From: Candidatus Babelota bacterium
GTDB lineage: Bacteria > Babelota > Babeliae > Babelales > Vermiphilaceae
Assembly: GCA_023382795.1 (NCBI GenBank)
Contig: JAHDWT010000004.1
Span: 42,650-106,649, forward strand
Length of the DNA stretch: 64,000 bases
Direction: 5' to 3'
Numbering within the stretch: the stretch's first letter is position 1; every line of letters begins with the position of its first letter. The position numbers were made by a program, and so were the translations under genes. Under the pieces are notes generated by a model. That model saw nothing but the letters and a program-made list of their open reading frames with translations, was not told the origin of the DNA and ran no database searches. This document shows positions 19,821 to 30,135 of this stretch, one piece after another.

Positions 19821-20488
19821 ATAACACGACAAGCAACTAGAGCTGTAATTGAGGCTGGCTTTAAGGTTCTTAACAGGCGTGCCGCTTCTTTAAGTGTCGC
19901 GCCTGTAGTCATCAAATCGTCAATAAGAATGAGATGTTTACCTGCATAGAGTGATGGATCAGCAACATCAAGCATGAAAGCTCCTTGCACATTTTCACTA
20001 CGGCTTTCTTTATCAAGCTGTGCTTGAAATTCCGTCTTACGGACACGTTTAAGAAGTTTCGCGACTGGTACTTGTCTACGATTTCCCAACTCATGCGCCA
20101 TCTCTTCGGCCTGATTAAAGCCTCGTCGCGCATATCGAGTCCAGTGCAAAGGAATTGGCACCAAATAATCACAGGTAAGATGGTTAAAATAGGTTAACTG
20201 CCACAGCAATCGTCCAAGATCGTAAGCGGCTATTCTATCTCCAAAACGCTTAGATTGGATAAGCATTCTCAAGGGTTCGCGATAGGCAGAGAGTGCATGT
20301 ACGGTAATTTTGTATGTTTTGGTTATTTCAAGATCCACACTCACTACCGGTTGTATCATGGCAGTACACTTATTACAAAGAACTCTTTGCCGGTCATACA
20401 ACCACTCCCTGCAATGCGCACAGAATGGGGTAACTAACAAATAAAAAAAACTGGATACCGTATCACGTAAAAAATCGATAATCATCAT
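19817..20488 (-). CDS. comF: ComF-family phosphoribosyltransferase-domain protein
   Basis: N-terminal Cys pairs (CAHC...CNKC) and the C-terminal PRTase motif LILIDDLMTTGATL. Confidence 0.85.
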   Translation of the reverse strand: MMIIDFLRDTVSSFFYLLVTPFCAHCREWLYDRQRVLCNKCTAMIQPVVSVDLEITKTYKITVHALSAYREPLRMLIQSKRFGDRIAAYDLGRLLWQLTYFNHLTCDYLVPIPLHWTRYARRGFNQAEEMAHELGNRRQVPVAKLLKRVRKTEFQAQLDKESRSENVQGAFMLDVADPSLYAGKHLILIDDLMTTGATLKEAARLLRTLKPASITALVACRVI

Positions 20489-20949
20489 TTCCGATACAAG
20501 GTTACAAACATAATTGCGATGCCAAGTACAATGCTACAATCCGCAATATTAAATACTGGCCATGTCCAATCACCAACTGACAACACAATAAAATCAATTA
20601 CCCCGCCATAAAGCGCGCGGTCAAACACGTTGGACAGGGCGCCGGCCAACGTAAGAATTTCACCGATTATCCATTCTCCCGCATACCATTTCCGCAGGGT
20701 ATGCATCATGAGCGCGCTAATAATAATCATGATAACCAATGAAAGTGTCACAAAACCCACAGATTCTGCTGAATGAAACAGGCTCCACGATATGCCGCGA
20801 TTCATAACCAAATCAAATGATAGATATGAATTCACCACATAAGAATCAGTCAGGTAACGTAATGCGAGTTCCTTACTCACCCGATCTAATACAATAACTG
20901 CTACCGTAAGGCCCAAGTAGCCAAGCAACGAGCTGTATTTCTTGCTCAT
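20485..20949 (-). CDS. lspA: lipoprotein signal peptidase II
   Basis: Motifs NRGISWSLF and FNIAD, with four TM segments. 4-nt overlaps with pheT and comF. Confidence 0.9.
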   Translation of the reverse strand: MSKKYSSLLGYLGLTVAVIVLDRVSKELALRYLTDSYVVNSYLSFDLVMNRGISWSLFHSAESVGFVTLSLVIMIIISALMMHTLRKWYAGEWIIGEILTLAGALSNVFDRALYGGVIDFIVLSVGDWTWPVFNIADCSIVLGIAIMFVTLYRK

Positions 20950-23282
20950 CGAATCACTGCTCCTAATCCTTGCAGAGCATGTACCGCGTGCATTACCACT
21001 GCATCCGCTTCTTCTTTGGTCAACGTTTTCTTATCATCTTGCAAGACAAAACGTACCGTAAGAGCCTTGCGCACGTCATGTTGCATGGCAGGCATAAAAT
21101 CTATTAACGACACGTGGTCTATTCTTGGATCAATGCCCTTAATCACGCGAATTACCTCTGCAACGGTCAACGATTCCGACACAAACATACTGATATCACG
21201 TACCACCTCAGGATACTTGCTTGGTTGTTTATATTTTTTCGGCTCAGCGTCATGGCGTATCAACACATCACCATCCAATTCAAAGATAAATGCATCGCCA
21301 TGAACAACGCGATGTAAAAACGGCTTGCTTATGTTGCCGGCATAGCCTATCACCGTTCCACGAGAAATTAAATGCGCCGATTCGTATGGTTCAAGCCATG
21401 GGTACTGAGGCATATCAATTCGTTGCCAAGCAATATCCATATCCAAAAGCTCAAACATGCGTTCTAATTCTTGTTTGGCACTATAAAAATCGATAGCTAT
21501 TTTTTGATGCACCATAATACCAGCTAAAACTCGCTGCTCGGTAAGTGTAGCTTCTTTAACCGACCAAGTTCTTCCCCACTCGAAAAAGCGCAACTGTTCA
21601 TTATGCCCAACATTATGCTCAACCGTTTTAATAAGATGAGGAATAAGAGATGTTACCGGCCTCCGCCAATGTTCTGAAACCGGAAATTGCACTTGGGTGG
21701 TATTTTCTGGAACATAAGCCAAACGCTGCAAAAATTGTTCGTCATACAGAGCATAATTGCAAACTTCCTGCATGGATAATCCATAGGCAAGAAAGTTTTT
21801 CATGGCACGCAAACGCATTACTGGATGCATATCCCATGGTAGATGTTGTTGTATGGGAAGACTACGCGGTACATGGTCATAGCCATAAAATCGCGCAATC
21901 TCTTCTATCAGATCTTCTGGAATCGTAACATCTTTGGTAGCACGAAAGACGGGAACGGTCACCGCATACATTAGTGCATCGCCACGGCGAGAGGACGTTA
22001 CTTCGAATTCAAGCCGTTGCAAAATTTCTATTACTTTTTCAGGGGCTATGGTGATACCCAATTTTTCCTCAAGCGCCGCGTGATCAAGATTAATATGTTG
22101 CGGTAGCACATCAGCACCTACGACCAACAGTGCAGAAGAGGGGCGCATGAAAACCCCTTGTTGTTGTGCGACTGATAAAAACCTTCTAATCGCCAACACG
22201 GGTGCCGTAGCATCCAGTCCTTTTTCGAATCGTGCGCTCGCATCAGTACGTTTTTTGTGGTGTGTCGCCGTTCGACGAATCGCACCCGCTTCAAAACAAC
22301 CTGCTTCAAGCACAAGCGAACTTGTTACTTCGGTGATGCCAGAATTCTTCCCACCCATAACACCTGCGAGTGAAATTGGATGTTCACCATCCGCAATTAC
22401 TAAATCTTCTCCAGTGAGAGTAATCGTTTCGCCATCCAGTAAGGTAAGTTTTTCACCATTTTTTGCCAAACGAACTTCAAGAACATCATGCTTGATCGCA
22501 CCCGCATCAAATGCATGCATAGGAGTTCCAAGATCAAACATGACATAGTTGGTGATATCAACCGGGGCACTGATAGGTTTTATATCAACCGCTGCAAGCT
22601 TGAAAATCATAGCTAAAGATGATGGACGGACGACACTATCAGCACAGCGCATGGTTGCAATGCTTACACAAGGCGCCTTCTGTGCGACACTAATCCGCAA
22701 AGTACCAACACCATCTTCTATTGCCACCTCATGAGTTGCTCGCTTAAGTGGGATTTCAGTCAGAAAATCAGACAATGGTTTCAGTGGCAAGCCAAAATAG
22801 GCACCAATTTCACGTGCTATACCTCTGTGCCCCCAAAGATCTGGTCGGTGAGTAATTGATTTATTATCAACCTCAAGAATACTATCATCTACAGCAATCG
22901 TTTTTTTCCAATCGCCCTCCTGTTCATGATCTTCAACGTGAACGGGACCGACCAAGCCATCTTTATCGCTTGCAAGATCAGACATAAGAGCCCACATAAC
23001 CTGACCATAATGTTTTTTGACCAAATACCACTGGCCTACCACTACCCCTTCACGCATCGCAAGCACGTGATTTTTTTGCCATTCAGGGCTCCAGACAGTT
23101 ATCTGATTGGCATCGATGGCAACTACCTGAACGACGCTAAAATTGTCCAGTGCGTGTTTAACTGGAATTACACGCTCAATTTCAGCTGTTTTTTTATTAA
23201 ACGTCTCTACCAATTGGTGTATATCAATTAACCGATAGTCGCCAATCAAATGCTCAAATAGCCAACGAACTGAAAATTTCAT
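20946..23282 (-). CDS. pheT: phenylalanine-tRNA ligase beta subunit
   Basis: Typical N-terminus MKFSVRWLFEHL, B3/4 and B5 domain blocks, 778 aa. No pheS is adjacent. Confidence 0.93.
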   Translation of the reverse strand: MKFSVRWLFEHLIGDYRLIDIHQLVETFNKKTAEIERVIPVKHALDNFSVVQVVAIDANQITVWSPEWQKNHVLAMREGVVVGQWYLVKKHYGQVMWALMSDLASDKDGLVGPVHVEDHEQEGDWKKTIAVDDSILEVDNKSITHRPDLWGHRGIAREIGAYFGLPLKPLSDFLTEIPLKRATHEVAIEDGVGTLRISVAQKAPCVSIATMRCADSVVRPSSLAMIFKLAAVDIKPISAPVDITNYVMFDLGTPMHAFDAGAIKHDVLEVRLAKNGEKLTLLDGETITLTGEDLVIADGEHPISLAGVMGGKNSGITEVTSSLVLEAGCFEAGAIRRTATHHKKRTDASARFEKGLDATAPVLAIRRFLSVAQQQGVFMRPSSALLVVGADVLPQHINLDHAALEEKLGITIAPEKVIEILQRLEFEVTSSRRGDALMYAVTVPVFRATKDVTIPEDLIEEIARFYGYDHVPRSLPIQQHLPWDMHPVMRLRAMKNFLAYGLSMQEVCNYALYDEQFLQRLAYVPENTTQVQFPVSEHWRRPVTSLIPHLIKTVEHNVGHNEQLRFFEWGRTWSVKEATLTEQRVLAGIMVHQKIAIDFYSAKQELERMFELLDMDIAWQRIDMPQYPWLEPYESAHLISRGTVIGYAGNISKPFLHRVVHGDAFIFELDGDVLIRHDAEPKKYKQPSKYPEVVRDISMFVSESLTVAEVIRVIKGIDPRIDHVSLIDFMPAMQHDVRKALTVRFVLQDDKKTLTKEEADAVVMHAVHALQGLGAVIR

Positions 23283-23392
23283 AACCGCAACACTTTCATC
23301 TCAAAAAAGCTTAATTTTATCCATATTGGGCAATGCTTCAAGCTGATGTTAAGCACCATCCACTATCAAACATTTCCCTCTTGACCGTTTTA

Positions 23393-23401
23393 TGGTATCA
23401 T
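23393..23401 (+). promoter_or_regulatory. candidate extended -10 promoter (TGgTATCAT) for the RRM gene
   Basis: TGG-TATCAT lies about 120 nt upstream of the ATG at 23521. It would give a long leader. Weak -35 (TTTCCC at 17-nt spacing). Confidence 0.3.
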
Positions 23402-23520
23402 GGGTTCAAAGGTATATAAAGTAACTCTTTTAGCTAGTGTTCGAGAAAGGTGGTGTGCCACAAGGCAGCTTTAAAATAGATGTTGTTATAGTTTAATTTT
23501 TATGTATGTGATTTGAGTTT

Positions 23521-23883
23521 ATGAATAGCATTTACGTTGGAAATCTTTCCCGAAACACCACTGAAGCAACCTTAAGATCTTTGTTTGAGCCATTCGGCCC
23601 TATTAAATCAGTTAAAATTGTTATTGATAGACTTACCGGCGAACCTCGTGGTTTTGCCTTTGTCGACATGGAAGATGCTGAATCATCAAATGCTGCCATT
23701 AGCGCATTAAATGGTAAAGAAGTTGATGGACAACGTCTACGCATCAACGAAGCACGTCCTCGTGAAGACCGTCCTCGTGGTTCCTTTGGTGGCAACCGCG
23801 GTGGTAGCAGTGATTTCCGTGGCCCTCGTGGCGGCGGCCGCAGCGGCAATGACGATCGCGGTGGATTCCGTTCTCGTTACTAA
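23521..23883 (+). CDS. RRM-type RNA-binding protein with an RGG-rich tail
   Basis: RNP-2 (IYVGNL) and RNP-1 (RGFAFVDM) motifs. The C-terminus reads GGNRGGSSDFRGPRGGGRSGNDDRGGFRSRY. Confidence 0.9.
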   Translation: MNSIYVGNLSRNTTEATLRSLFEPFGPIKSVKIVIDRLTGEPRGFAFVDMEDAESSNAAISALNGKEVDGQRLRINEARPREDRPRGSFGGNRGGSSDFRGPRGGGRSGNDDRGGFRSRY

Positions 23884-23902
23884 GCTTTGCTTTTGAATCT
23901 AA

Positions 23903-23940
23903 AAAGAGCGCCAGCACTATAAGAGCTGGCGCTCTTTCAT
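23903..23940 (+). terminator. intrinsic terminator of the RRM gene
   Basis: Perfect 13-bp stem AAAGAGCGCCAGC/GCTGGCGCTCTTT with a 9-nt loop and T-rich 3' side, 20 nt after the stop codon. Confidence 0.75.
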
Positions 23941-24020
23941 TATGTGTTATTTGCGCTAACCCAGGAAACTGGTCTATAGTTGAGTAAAAAATATAACAAC
24001 TCATCTTAACCCTGTAGACC

Positions 24021-25067
24021 ATGAAATCATCATACAAAGCATATGACAAAGAAAACATGTTCAGCACCATTTTCTCCTTTGCTGAACAGCTAGAAAAAGC
24101 CATAGAAATTGGGCAAAATCTTAGCCTTCGCCATGCCTACTCAGGCATCGAACACATCATTTTTGCAGGTATGGGCGGATCAGCGATCGCGGGGGATATT
24201 GTCTCTCTCCTGTGCGCGGCAACTACACCAATCCCTACGGTTACCTCACGAACCTATACGCTGCCATCTTGGGCAAACGCCAAAACACTTGTTATCTGTA
24301 TGAGCTATTCTGGTAATACTGAAGAAACACTCGCGTCTTTTGAAGATGCACGCGCTAAGGGAGCTCATATTATCGGTATCACTTCAGGAGGCTTTTTAGC
24401 GACTCAGCTAAAACAATATGGTTACGACTCTATCCTTATTCCTGGTGGCATTCCCCCACGGGCAAGCTTAGGATACCTTGCTGTTCCCTTACTTTTTTTG
24501 ATGCATCGCCTCAACCTATTACCCCATGATTTTCTATTCCAACTACACCAAGCCATCTCTCTCCTTAAAGAACATCGATTAAACTGGTCATTAGAACAGG
24601 AACCAGAAAATCTTGCGTTGTCTATTGCTCACAGAATATACCAAAGCTACCCTCTTATTTATGGTGAAGCAGACAAAACCAGCATAGTAGCTCGCAGATT
24701 TCGGGGGCAATTGGCAGAAAACAGCAAAATGCTTTCAGGTTCCCATGAGCTCCCAGAATTAGATCATAATGAGATAGTAGGATTTCATAACAATCCTGAA
24801 ATATTAAAGCGATGTGGAGTTATTTGGCTTATCGACCAAGAAATGAGCGAACCTATGCTCAAACGATTCCAGGTAACCTGGGAAATTATAGATCCGCTCG
24901 TTAACTATCAAATTTCTCTTCAGGCCCAGGGAAACAGCTTTATTGAGCGGATGATTTACCTTATACACCTTATCGATTGGATTAGCTTCTGGTGTGCCAT
25001 CTTGCACCGGGAAGATCCTACACCTGTTGATAGAATTAACAGGTTAAAACAACTGCTGACTAAGTAA
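24021..25067 (+). CDS. bifunctional phosphoglucose/phosphomannose isomerase (SIS domain)
   Basis: GMGGSAIAGD and SYSGNTEET motifs. About 350 aa, as in the archaeal-type PGI/PMI family. Confidence 0.75.
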   Translation: MKSSYKAYDKENMFSTIFSFAEQLEKAIEIGQNLSLRHAYSGIEHIIFAGMGGSAIAGDIVSLLCAATTPIPTVTSRTYTLPSWANAKTLVICMSYSGNTEETLASFEDARAKGAHIIGITSGGFLATQLKQYGYDSILIPGGIPPRASLGYLAVPLLFLMHRLNLLPHDFLFQLHQAISLLKEHRLNWSLEQEPENLALSIAHRIYQSYPLIYGEADKTSIVARRFRGQLAENSKMLSGSHELPELDHNEIVGFHNNPEILKRCGVIWLIDQEMSEPMLKRFQVTWEIIDPLVNYQISLQAQGNSFIERMIYLIHLIDWISFWCAILHREDPTPVDRINRLKQLLTK

Positions 25068-25098
25068 TTTCAGGTTGAAAATACTTTTAAAAAGCTTA

Positions 25099-25126
25099 TT
25101 GACAATATCAAGCAATATAATACAAT
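25099..25126 (+). promoter_or_regulatory. candidate sigma-70 promoter (TTGACA-16 nt-TACAAT)
   Basis: TTGACA at 25099-25104 and TACAAT at 25121-25126, about 50 nt upstream of the ATG at 25179, which has a GGAGG Shine-Dalgarno. Confidence 0.4.
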
Positions 25127-25178
25127 TAGAATATATATAAAAGAATTCAACCTTAAACTAATTAAATGGAGGTTTTAC

Positions 25179-25529
25179 ATGAACAAGCAATTCAAAATAC
25201 TCGCCATAGTTGCATTACTGATCGGGCTTGGTTCCAATTCAGTCAAAGCAAACTTTTGGAATGACAATCTCGGAAGAATACTTACAGACGCCGCTATCGT
25301 TGCTGCTACCGCATATGTAACTCACAAATACAGAGGCGAAACTAAAGAAAAGATAGACACTTTTGTTAAAGATAAAGCTACTGATACGTTAAAGGTAACG
25401 GTCATCGAACCAAAAAATCTCTTAAAGGGTTTTTGGAGCGCAATCACCACTAATAAGCGAGCTCTTATTACTGTCGCAACTTATGGTATATTAGGCGGTT
25501 TAATTTATAAAAGATATTTAAGCAATTAA
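25179..25529 (+). CDS. hypothetical small exported/membrane protein
   Basis: GGAGG Shine-Dalgarno. Signal peptide (ILAIVALLIGLGSNSVKA) and a C-terminal hydrophobic segment. Confidence 0.5.
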   Translation: MNKQFKILAIVALLIGLGSNSVKANFWNDNLGRILTDAAIVAATAYVTHKYRGETKEKIDTFVKDKATDTLKVTVIEPKNLLKGFWSAITTNKRALITVATYGILGGLIYKRYLSN

Positions 25530-25563
25530 TCTTGCACCAGTAACTACGGTAAACTTCCCAAAT

Positions 25564-25602
25564 GGGCTGAATTGATTTTGAAAATTCAGCCCTCACTTTT
25601 TT
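25564..25602 (+). terminator. intrinsic terminator between convergent genes
   Basis: 10-bp stem GGGCTGAATT/AATTCAGCCC with a 9-nt loop, followed by TCAC and T6. The stem abuts the stop codon of the minus-strand PRTase gene. Confidence 0.65.
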
Positions 25603-26246
25603 GCGCCACTGAATATGCTAGCCATAAGAGACTTTACCGTCTCATCTTCCACCTGCTCAAAATGTTCATAAAAATACCCAACTGCTGGAAAATAGTCTGG
25701 CTGCTGCTCTAGACAGATAAACTCATCAACCAGCTCAGATAGTTTCTGCGCAACTTCGGCAGGACATACCGGAACCGCAAGAACCAAGCGTTTCGCACCC
25801 AATTCTTTAACTGAAGCAATAGCTGCTTGCATGGTTGCCCCGGTTGCAATACCATCATCTACCAAAATTACCGTTTTATCTGCGTAATTCGGTGATTTTT
25901 TATCCTCGCGATAAACGGATAGTCGTCTTGCCAATTCTTTTTGTTCTTGACGGATAATCGGTGCTATTTGCTGCTCTGTTATGCCCATTGTCTGCATCAT
26001 GGCATAATTCAGGATAGATTGCCCGGTCTGTGTCAATGCTCCAACGGCCAGCTCGGGCATTCCTGGGGCTCCAATTTTACGCACAACTACAATATCAAGT
26101 GGCACCACAAGTTCACGTGCAATCTCTGCCGCTACCGGCACACCTCCTCGCACCAACCCAACAACCAACACGTTTGGACTATGTTTGTATGCTGACAACA
26201 ACAAGGCAAGTTGTTGACCCGCATCAGCACGATCCTTAAATTTCAT
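25593..26246 (-). CDS. phosphoribosyltransferase-domain protein (type I PRTase fold)
   Basis: FKDRADAG...GLVRGGVPVA at the N-terminus and the PRPP-binding motif VILVDDGIATGATM. Confidence 0.8.
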   Translation of the reverse strand: MKFKDRADAGQQLALLLSAYKHSPNVLVVGLVRGGVPVAAEIARELVVPLDIVVVRKIGAPGMPELAVGALTQTGQSILNYAMMQTMGITEQQIAPIIRQEQKELARRLSVYREDKKSPNYADKTVILVDDGIATGATMQAAIASVKELGAKRLVLAVPVCPAEVAQKLSELVDEFICLEQQPDYFPAVGYFYEHFEQVEDETVKSLMASIFSGAKK

Positions 26247-26363
26247 GACGTTACTCTCCTTCTAGGTATTTTTATTCTGCTTAAAACCTTTTGGTTAAAC
26301 TCTAGCAGTCTCCTCATGAGCCATGCTATAACAACTCTCACGAGCAGTCGACCAAGGAGAACT

Positions 26364-27671
26364 ATGCTATCACTATCGCCTTATACCCGTTTCGTAGTAT
26401 TGTTAGGTATTGGTTTCGCGCTCATTAATCATCACACCACGATCACCATTACCTTACAGGATGCGGTCTCGAGTGCATACCGTACCAACGATATGCTTAC
26501 CTCTTTAGCATATTCCTATAAGGCACACCGAGAGCTCGAGCGAGCGGTCATCTCTGCGTATTTGCCTCACGTTAGCTTTAACGCCCAAGTCATCCGAAAA
26601 AACCAAGATTCCTCTGAGCCGATTAGAGCGGCTTCTTGGGAATTCATACAACCACTCGTCAATCTCGCAATCGTTGACCAATATTATGCCGCGCAAGAAG
26701 CGACTGAGGCTGTTCTTTATCAACAATTATTACTCAATGACTCAGTGCGCCTTTCTACTGAAGACGCTTATTTCCAAGCACAAAAAACAGTTGTACAAGA
26801 ACCATACATCATTAGTTTACAAGGCTCTTCTCAGCGCTTACTTAGTCAAGCATTACAACATTTTGAAGTGGGCTTTCTTAATGTTCCTCAAAAACTAGAA
26901 TCTGAAGCTCGTTACGCTCAAGCACACGCGCACGCTGAAAATTATTATCATAACTATCATATTGCCCAAGCAGCGTTGTTACAAAAAACCGGTATCAATA
27001 TCAATCTCCATAATTTGGAACCACGCACACTTCAAGGCTTTCTTTGCACTGCAAAAGATCTTTCTCTCAAACCTATTGCAGAGTATCGCGATGCAGCACA
27101 AAAACATCGCAAAGAACTTGATGTCTTACATCATGAAATGATGCAGGAGCACTTTTTGTCACGAAGCGCTTTTCACTACTATTTACCAACCATCAATCTT
27201 TTTGCTCAGGTTACTCACAGCACTTTTGATTCACAAGATGTAAGTTTGGCAAAAATTTTTGGTACCGCAAGCTGGCAATTCGGCATCAGCATGAATTGGG
27301 AATTTGACGGTTTTAACAGCTTACACACCGGCCATGCCGCCAAAGCACAAGCTCTTGCCAAGTGTTTTGAGCGCGAAAATATGAAAACTATCATTCAGCA
27401 GCAGGTTGATACGACATACTACACGTTACAAACTCAGCAAAATTTCCTGGATGCTGCTCAAAAACAATATATCCAGGCAAAAGCAGAATTTGCACGTAAA
27501 CAGCAACAATACACCGTTGGCGAACTTGCACGCCCAGAATTTGAAGAAGCTGAAACGGCACTCCATCAAGCCGAAAGCATGCTCAAACAACAAGCTCTGG
27601 AAGTCGAACAGGCGCATACTCATTTGCTCGCTGCTTGTGGATATCCTAAAAATTTAGAGACACAATCATGA
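26364..27671 (+). CDS. TolC-family outer-membrane efflux channel
   Basis: Two-fold repeat architecture with long helical segments. Located directly upstream of MacA/MacB-like genes. The ATG at 26364 follows AAGGAG and gives a signal peptide. The track start at 26211 overlaps the PRTase gene. Confidence 0.7.
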   Translation: MLSLSPYTRFVVLLGIGFALINHHTTITITLQDAVSSAYRTNDMLTSLAYSYKAHRELERAVISAYLPHVSFNAQVIRKNQDSSEPIRAASWEFIQPLVNLAIVDQYYAAQEATEAVLYQQLLLNDSVRLSTEDAYFQAQKTVVQEPYIISLQGSSQRLLSQALQHFEVGFLNVPQKLESEARYAQAHAHAENYYHNYHIAQAALLQKTGININLHNLEPRTLQGFLCTAKDLSLKPIAEYRDAAQKHRKELDVLHHEMMQEHFLSRSAFHYYLPTINLFAQVTHSTFDSQDVSLAKIFGTASWQFGISMNWEFDGFNSLHTGHAAKAQALAKCFERENMKTIIQQQVDTTYYTLQTQQNFLDAAQKQYIQAKAEFARKQQQYTVGELARPEFEEAETALHQAESMLKQQALEVEQAHTHLLAACGYPKNLETQS

Positions 27672-27681
27672 GGAATACCCT

Positions 27682-28890
27682 ATGACATCAACCAAACGCA
27701 TTCTCCTACCACTTGCACTACTTGGTATTGCTGCAGGGGTAGGCTATTGGTACTTTTTTTATCGCTCATCAAACCGGTTAGAATCACTCTACACAACCCA
27801 GCTTCCACAACAACGAACTATTAAACAGATTATCGATGCCACCGGATCTCTAGAGGCACAAGGTACCATTAGCATAGGCAGTTTGGTATCAGGCATCGTG
27901 CTTAAACTTTACGCTGAGGATAACCAAAATGTAAAACAGGGTGAACTTCTTGCAGAGATCGATATCGGGAAATCAGACACCGATGTGCAAGCTACCTTAT
28001 ATGCCCTTAAAGAAGCCGAGGCAGCATATACCTATGCTCGCGCAGTGTTTGAACGACAAAAACAACTCTTTGAAAAAAATAATATTTCACGCGATGCGTA
28101 TGAACGTGCTGATCGCGATATGCTCGTAACTCAAAATTCTGTAGAGCGCGCAAGGGCACTCCACAAAAAAGCAACCATAGAATGGAATAATACTCGCATT
28201 GTAGCACCAGTTTCCGGTACCATCATCAAAAAAAATGTATCTGTTGGTGAGGCGATCACTACCTTTGCACCGCCAACCATCCTCTACACCATAGCAACCG
28301 ATCTGACTACTATGGACGTCAACTTGGAAATTGATGAAGGAAGTATTGGCGCCCTGCGTATTGGACAAACAGCTGAAATGACATTCGATACCTATCCACA
28401 TAAAGTCTTTTTAGGCAAGATCCAAGATATTTATAACTCTCCTATCAAAAAACAGGGGTCCGTTGCTTACGAAGCAATCATCACCTTAGAAAACAAAAAA
28501 CTTCTTTTGCGCCCCGGCATGACCGTAAATGCCACCATTTTAGTCGATGAACGGAGCAATGTGCTCTGTGTACCTGGTTATATTTTTTCCATTAAACGTG
28601 ATTTAGTTCGTTATCTTACCAATACATTAAAATATTCTTTCCAAGAACTCAGTTCTGAAGAACTAGACACATTCAAACAACAGACTTCTCATCAGGAAAA
28701 TCCGGTAAAAACTATCTGGATTCTTATGCCAAATAGTATCAAAGAGATCCCGATAGAACTCGGCATTAACGATGATGCATACTTTGAAGTAGTACGGGGT
28801 TTACAAGGCAACGAACATATTATCACTGACATCAAAGAACCAGATTCTATGGAAGAATTTTACGCTCAACTGTTTAGCAGAGGTCTATAG
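27682..28890 (+). CDS. HlyD/MacA-type periplasmic adaptor (membrane fusion protein)
   Basis: N-terminal TM anchor, lipoyl-like hairpin flanks (GELLAEID ... IVAPVSGTI) and a coiled-coil insert. Confidence 0.85.
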   Translation: MTSTKRILLPLALLGIAAGVGYWYFFYRSSNRLESLYTTQLPQQRTIKQIIDATGSLEAQGTISIGSLVSGIVLKLYAEDNQNVKQGELLAEIDIGKSDTDVQATLYALKEAEAAYTYARAVFERQKQLFEKNNISRDAYERADRDMLVTQNSVERARALHKKATIEWNNTRIVAPVSGTIIKKNVSVGEAITTFAPPTILYTIATDLTTMDVNLEIDEGSIGALRIGQTAEMTFDTYPHKVFLGKIQDIYNSPIKKQGSVAYEAIITLENKKLLLRPGMTVNATILVDERSNVLCVPGYIFSIKRDLVRYLTNTLKYSFQELSSEELDTFKQQTSHQENPVKTIWILMPNSIKEIPIELGINDDAYFEVVRGLQGNEHIITDIKEPDSMEEFYAQLFSRGL

Positions 28891-28894
28891 CGCT

Positions 28895-30127
28895 ATGCAC
28901 ACGCTCATTATGGCTCGCAATTCTTTCCGCGTACTTCGCAAGCATAAAATTCGCTCGTTCCTTACCATTCTCGGCATCATGATCGGTATTGCAGCGATTA
29001 TCGCAACACTTTCTATAGGACGTGGTGCGGAAGAAAGTATCCGTAAACAAGTCATGGGCATGGGAGAAAATGCTATTTTTACTATCCCAGGCAATGTCAT
29101 TACACGTGGCAACATACGATCTGACCAGCCAATCGGCGTTACGATAACCAAACAGGACATGCGTGCACTTAGGGCGCAAATGCCAGAAATTAAACAGATT
29201 TCGCGTATTCATTGGACGCTTCAACCGGTCCGCTACGGTGACAAGACCATTGTTGATCGTACACTGGGAGTTGATGAGAATATGTTGATCATCAATAACC
29301 ATAGCTTGCGATCAGGTAACTTTTTTAGCCACTACCACGTGCAACACGGCATCCGTGTTGCCGTACTTGGTGAACAAGCCGCACTAAAGTTATTCGGGAA
29401 AGTTGATCCAATAGGCAAGACCATTCACATAAACGACGTACGTTTTCTTGTTATTGGGGTTATTAATCATGTTGATCATTTTTGGGGAACTGAAGATCCT
29501 AACCGACGCATCCTTATTCCATTTACTGCGGCAAAAAAATATATTCGCAAACCAGATGAAACGGACGATGACGCTGGTGCTCTCGGCATGAATCTCTATC
29601 AAGGCGTTGATACTGAAGCCATCGTGCGTAGAATTCGCAGAGCATTCAGGTTCATGCATAATGTAAAGCCTCACGATCCAGACAATATCACTATTTTTGA
29701 TCAAAAATCTATAGAAGAAGCAGCAACCAAAGCATCAACTATCATTAAACTGTTTGGCCTTGTTGCCGCATCGATATCACTCATTGTAGGCGGCATCGGT
29801 GTTATGAACATTATGCTTGTGTCAGTTAAAGAACGCACACGCGAAATCGGTCTACGTATGGCTATAGGAGCCACCCAACAACAAATTCGCCATCAATTTC
29901 TTATGGAGGCAATCATACTTACTTCGTTTGGTGGCTTTCTAGGAATTGTCCTCGGGCTAATTCTCCAATACGTTATTAGCATTACCACAACACTGCCCGG
30001 CGTCTTAGAGTTTTTGCCCCTCATTATGTCATTCATCGTCACGGTACTCGTCGGTATATTTTTTGGTTATTATCCTGCCTATAAAGCATCGCGACTAAAT
30101 CCCGTCGATGCATTGCTCGAACGATAG
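28895..30127 (+). CDS. MacB/FtsX-type ABC transporter permease
   Basis: TM1, a large periplasmic domain and a C-terminal FtsX 3-TM bundle (ERTREIGLRMAIGA motif). Confidence 0.85.
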   Translation: MHTLIMARNSFRVLRKHKIRSFLTILGIMIGIAAIIATLSIGRGAEESIRKQVMGMGENAIFTIPGNVITRGNIRSDQPIGVTITKQDMRALRAQMPEIKQISRIHWTLQPVRYGDKTIVDRTLGVDENMLIINNHSLRSGNFFSHYHVQHGIRVAVLGEQAALKLFGKVDPIGKTIHINDVRFLVIGVINHVDHFWGTEDPNRRILIPFTAAKKYIRKPDETDDDAGALGMNLYQGVDTEAIVRRIRRAFRFMHNVKPHDPDNITIFDQKSIEEAATKASTIIKLFGLVAASISLIVGGIGVMNIMLVSVKERTREIGLRMAIGATQQQIRHQFLMEAIILTSFGGFLGIVLGLILQYVISITTTLPGVLEFLPLIMSFIVTVLVGIFFGYYPAYKASRLNPVDALLER

Positions 30128-30135
30128 GAGAACAG

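Noticed and set aside
26211-26363. Upstream extension of the TolC-like ORF, overlapping the PRTase gene start.
   Set aside because: The ATG at 26364 has an AAGGAG Shine-Dalgarno and yields a signal peptide. The extension is best explained as open frame only.
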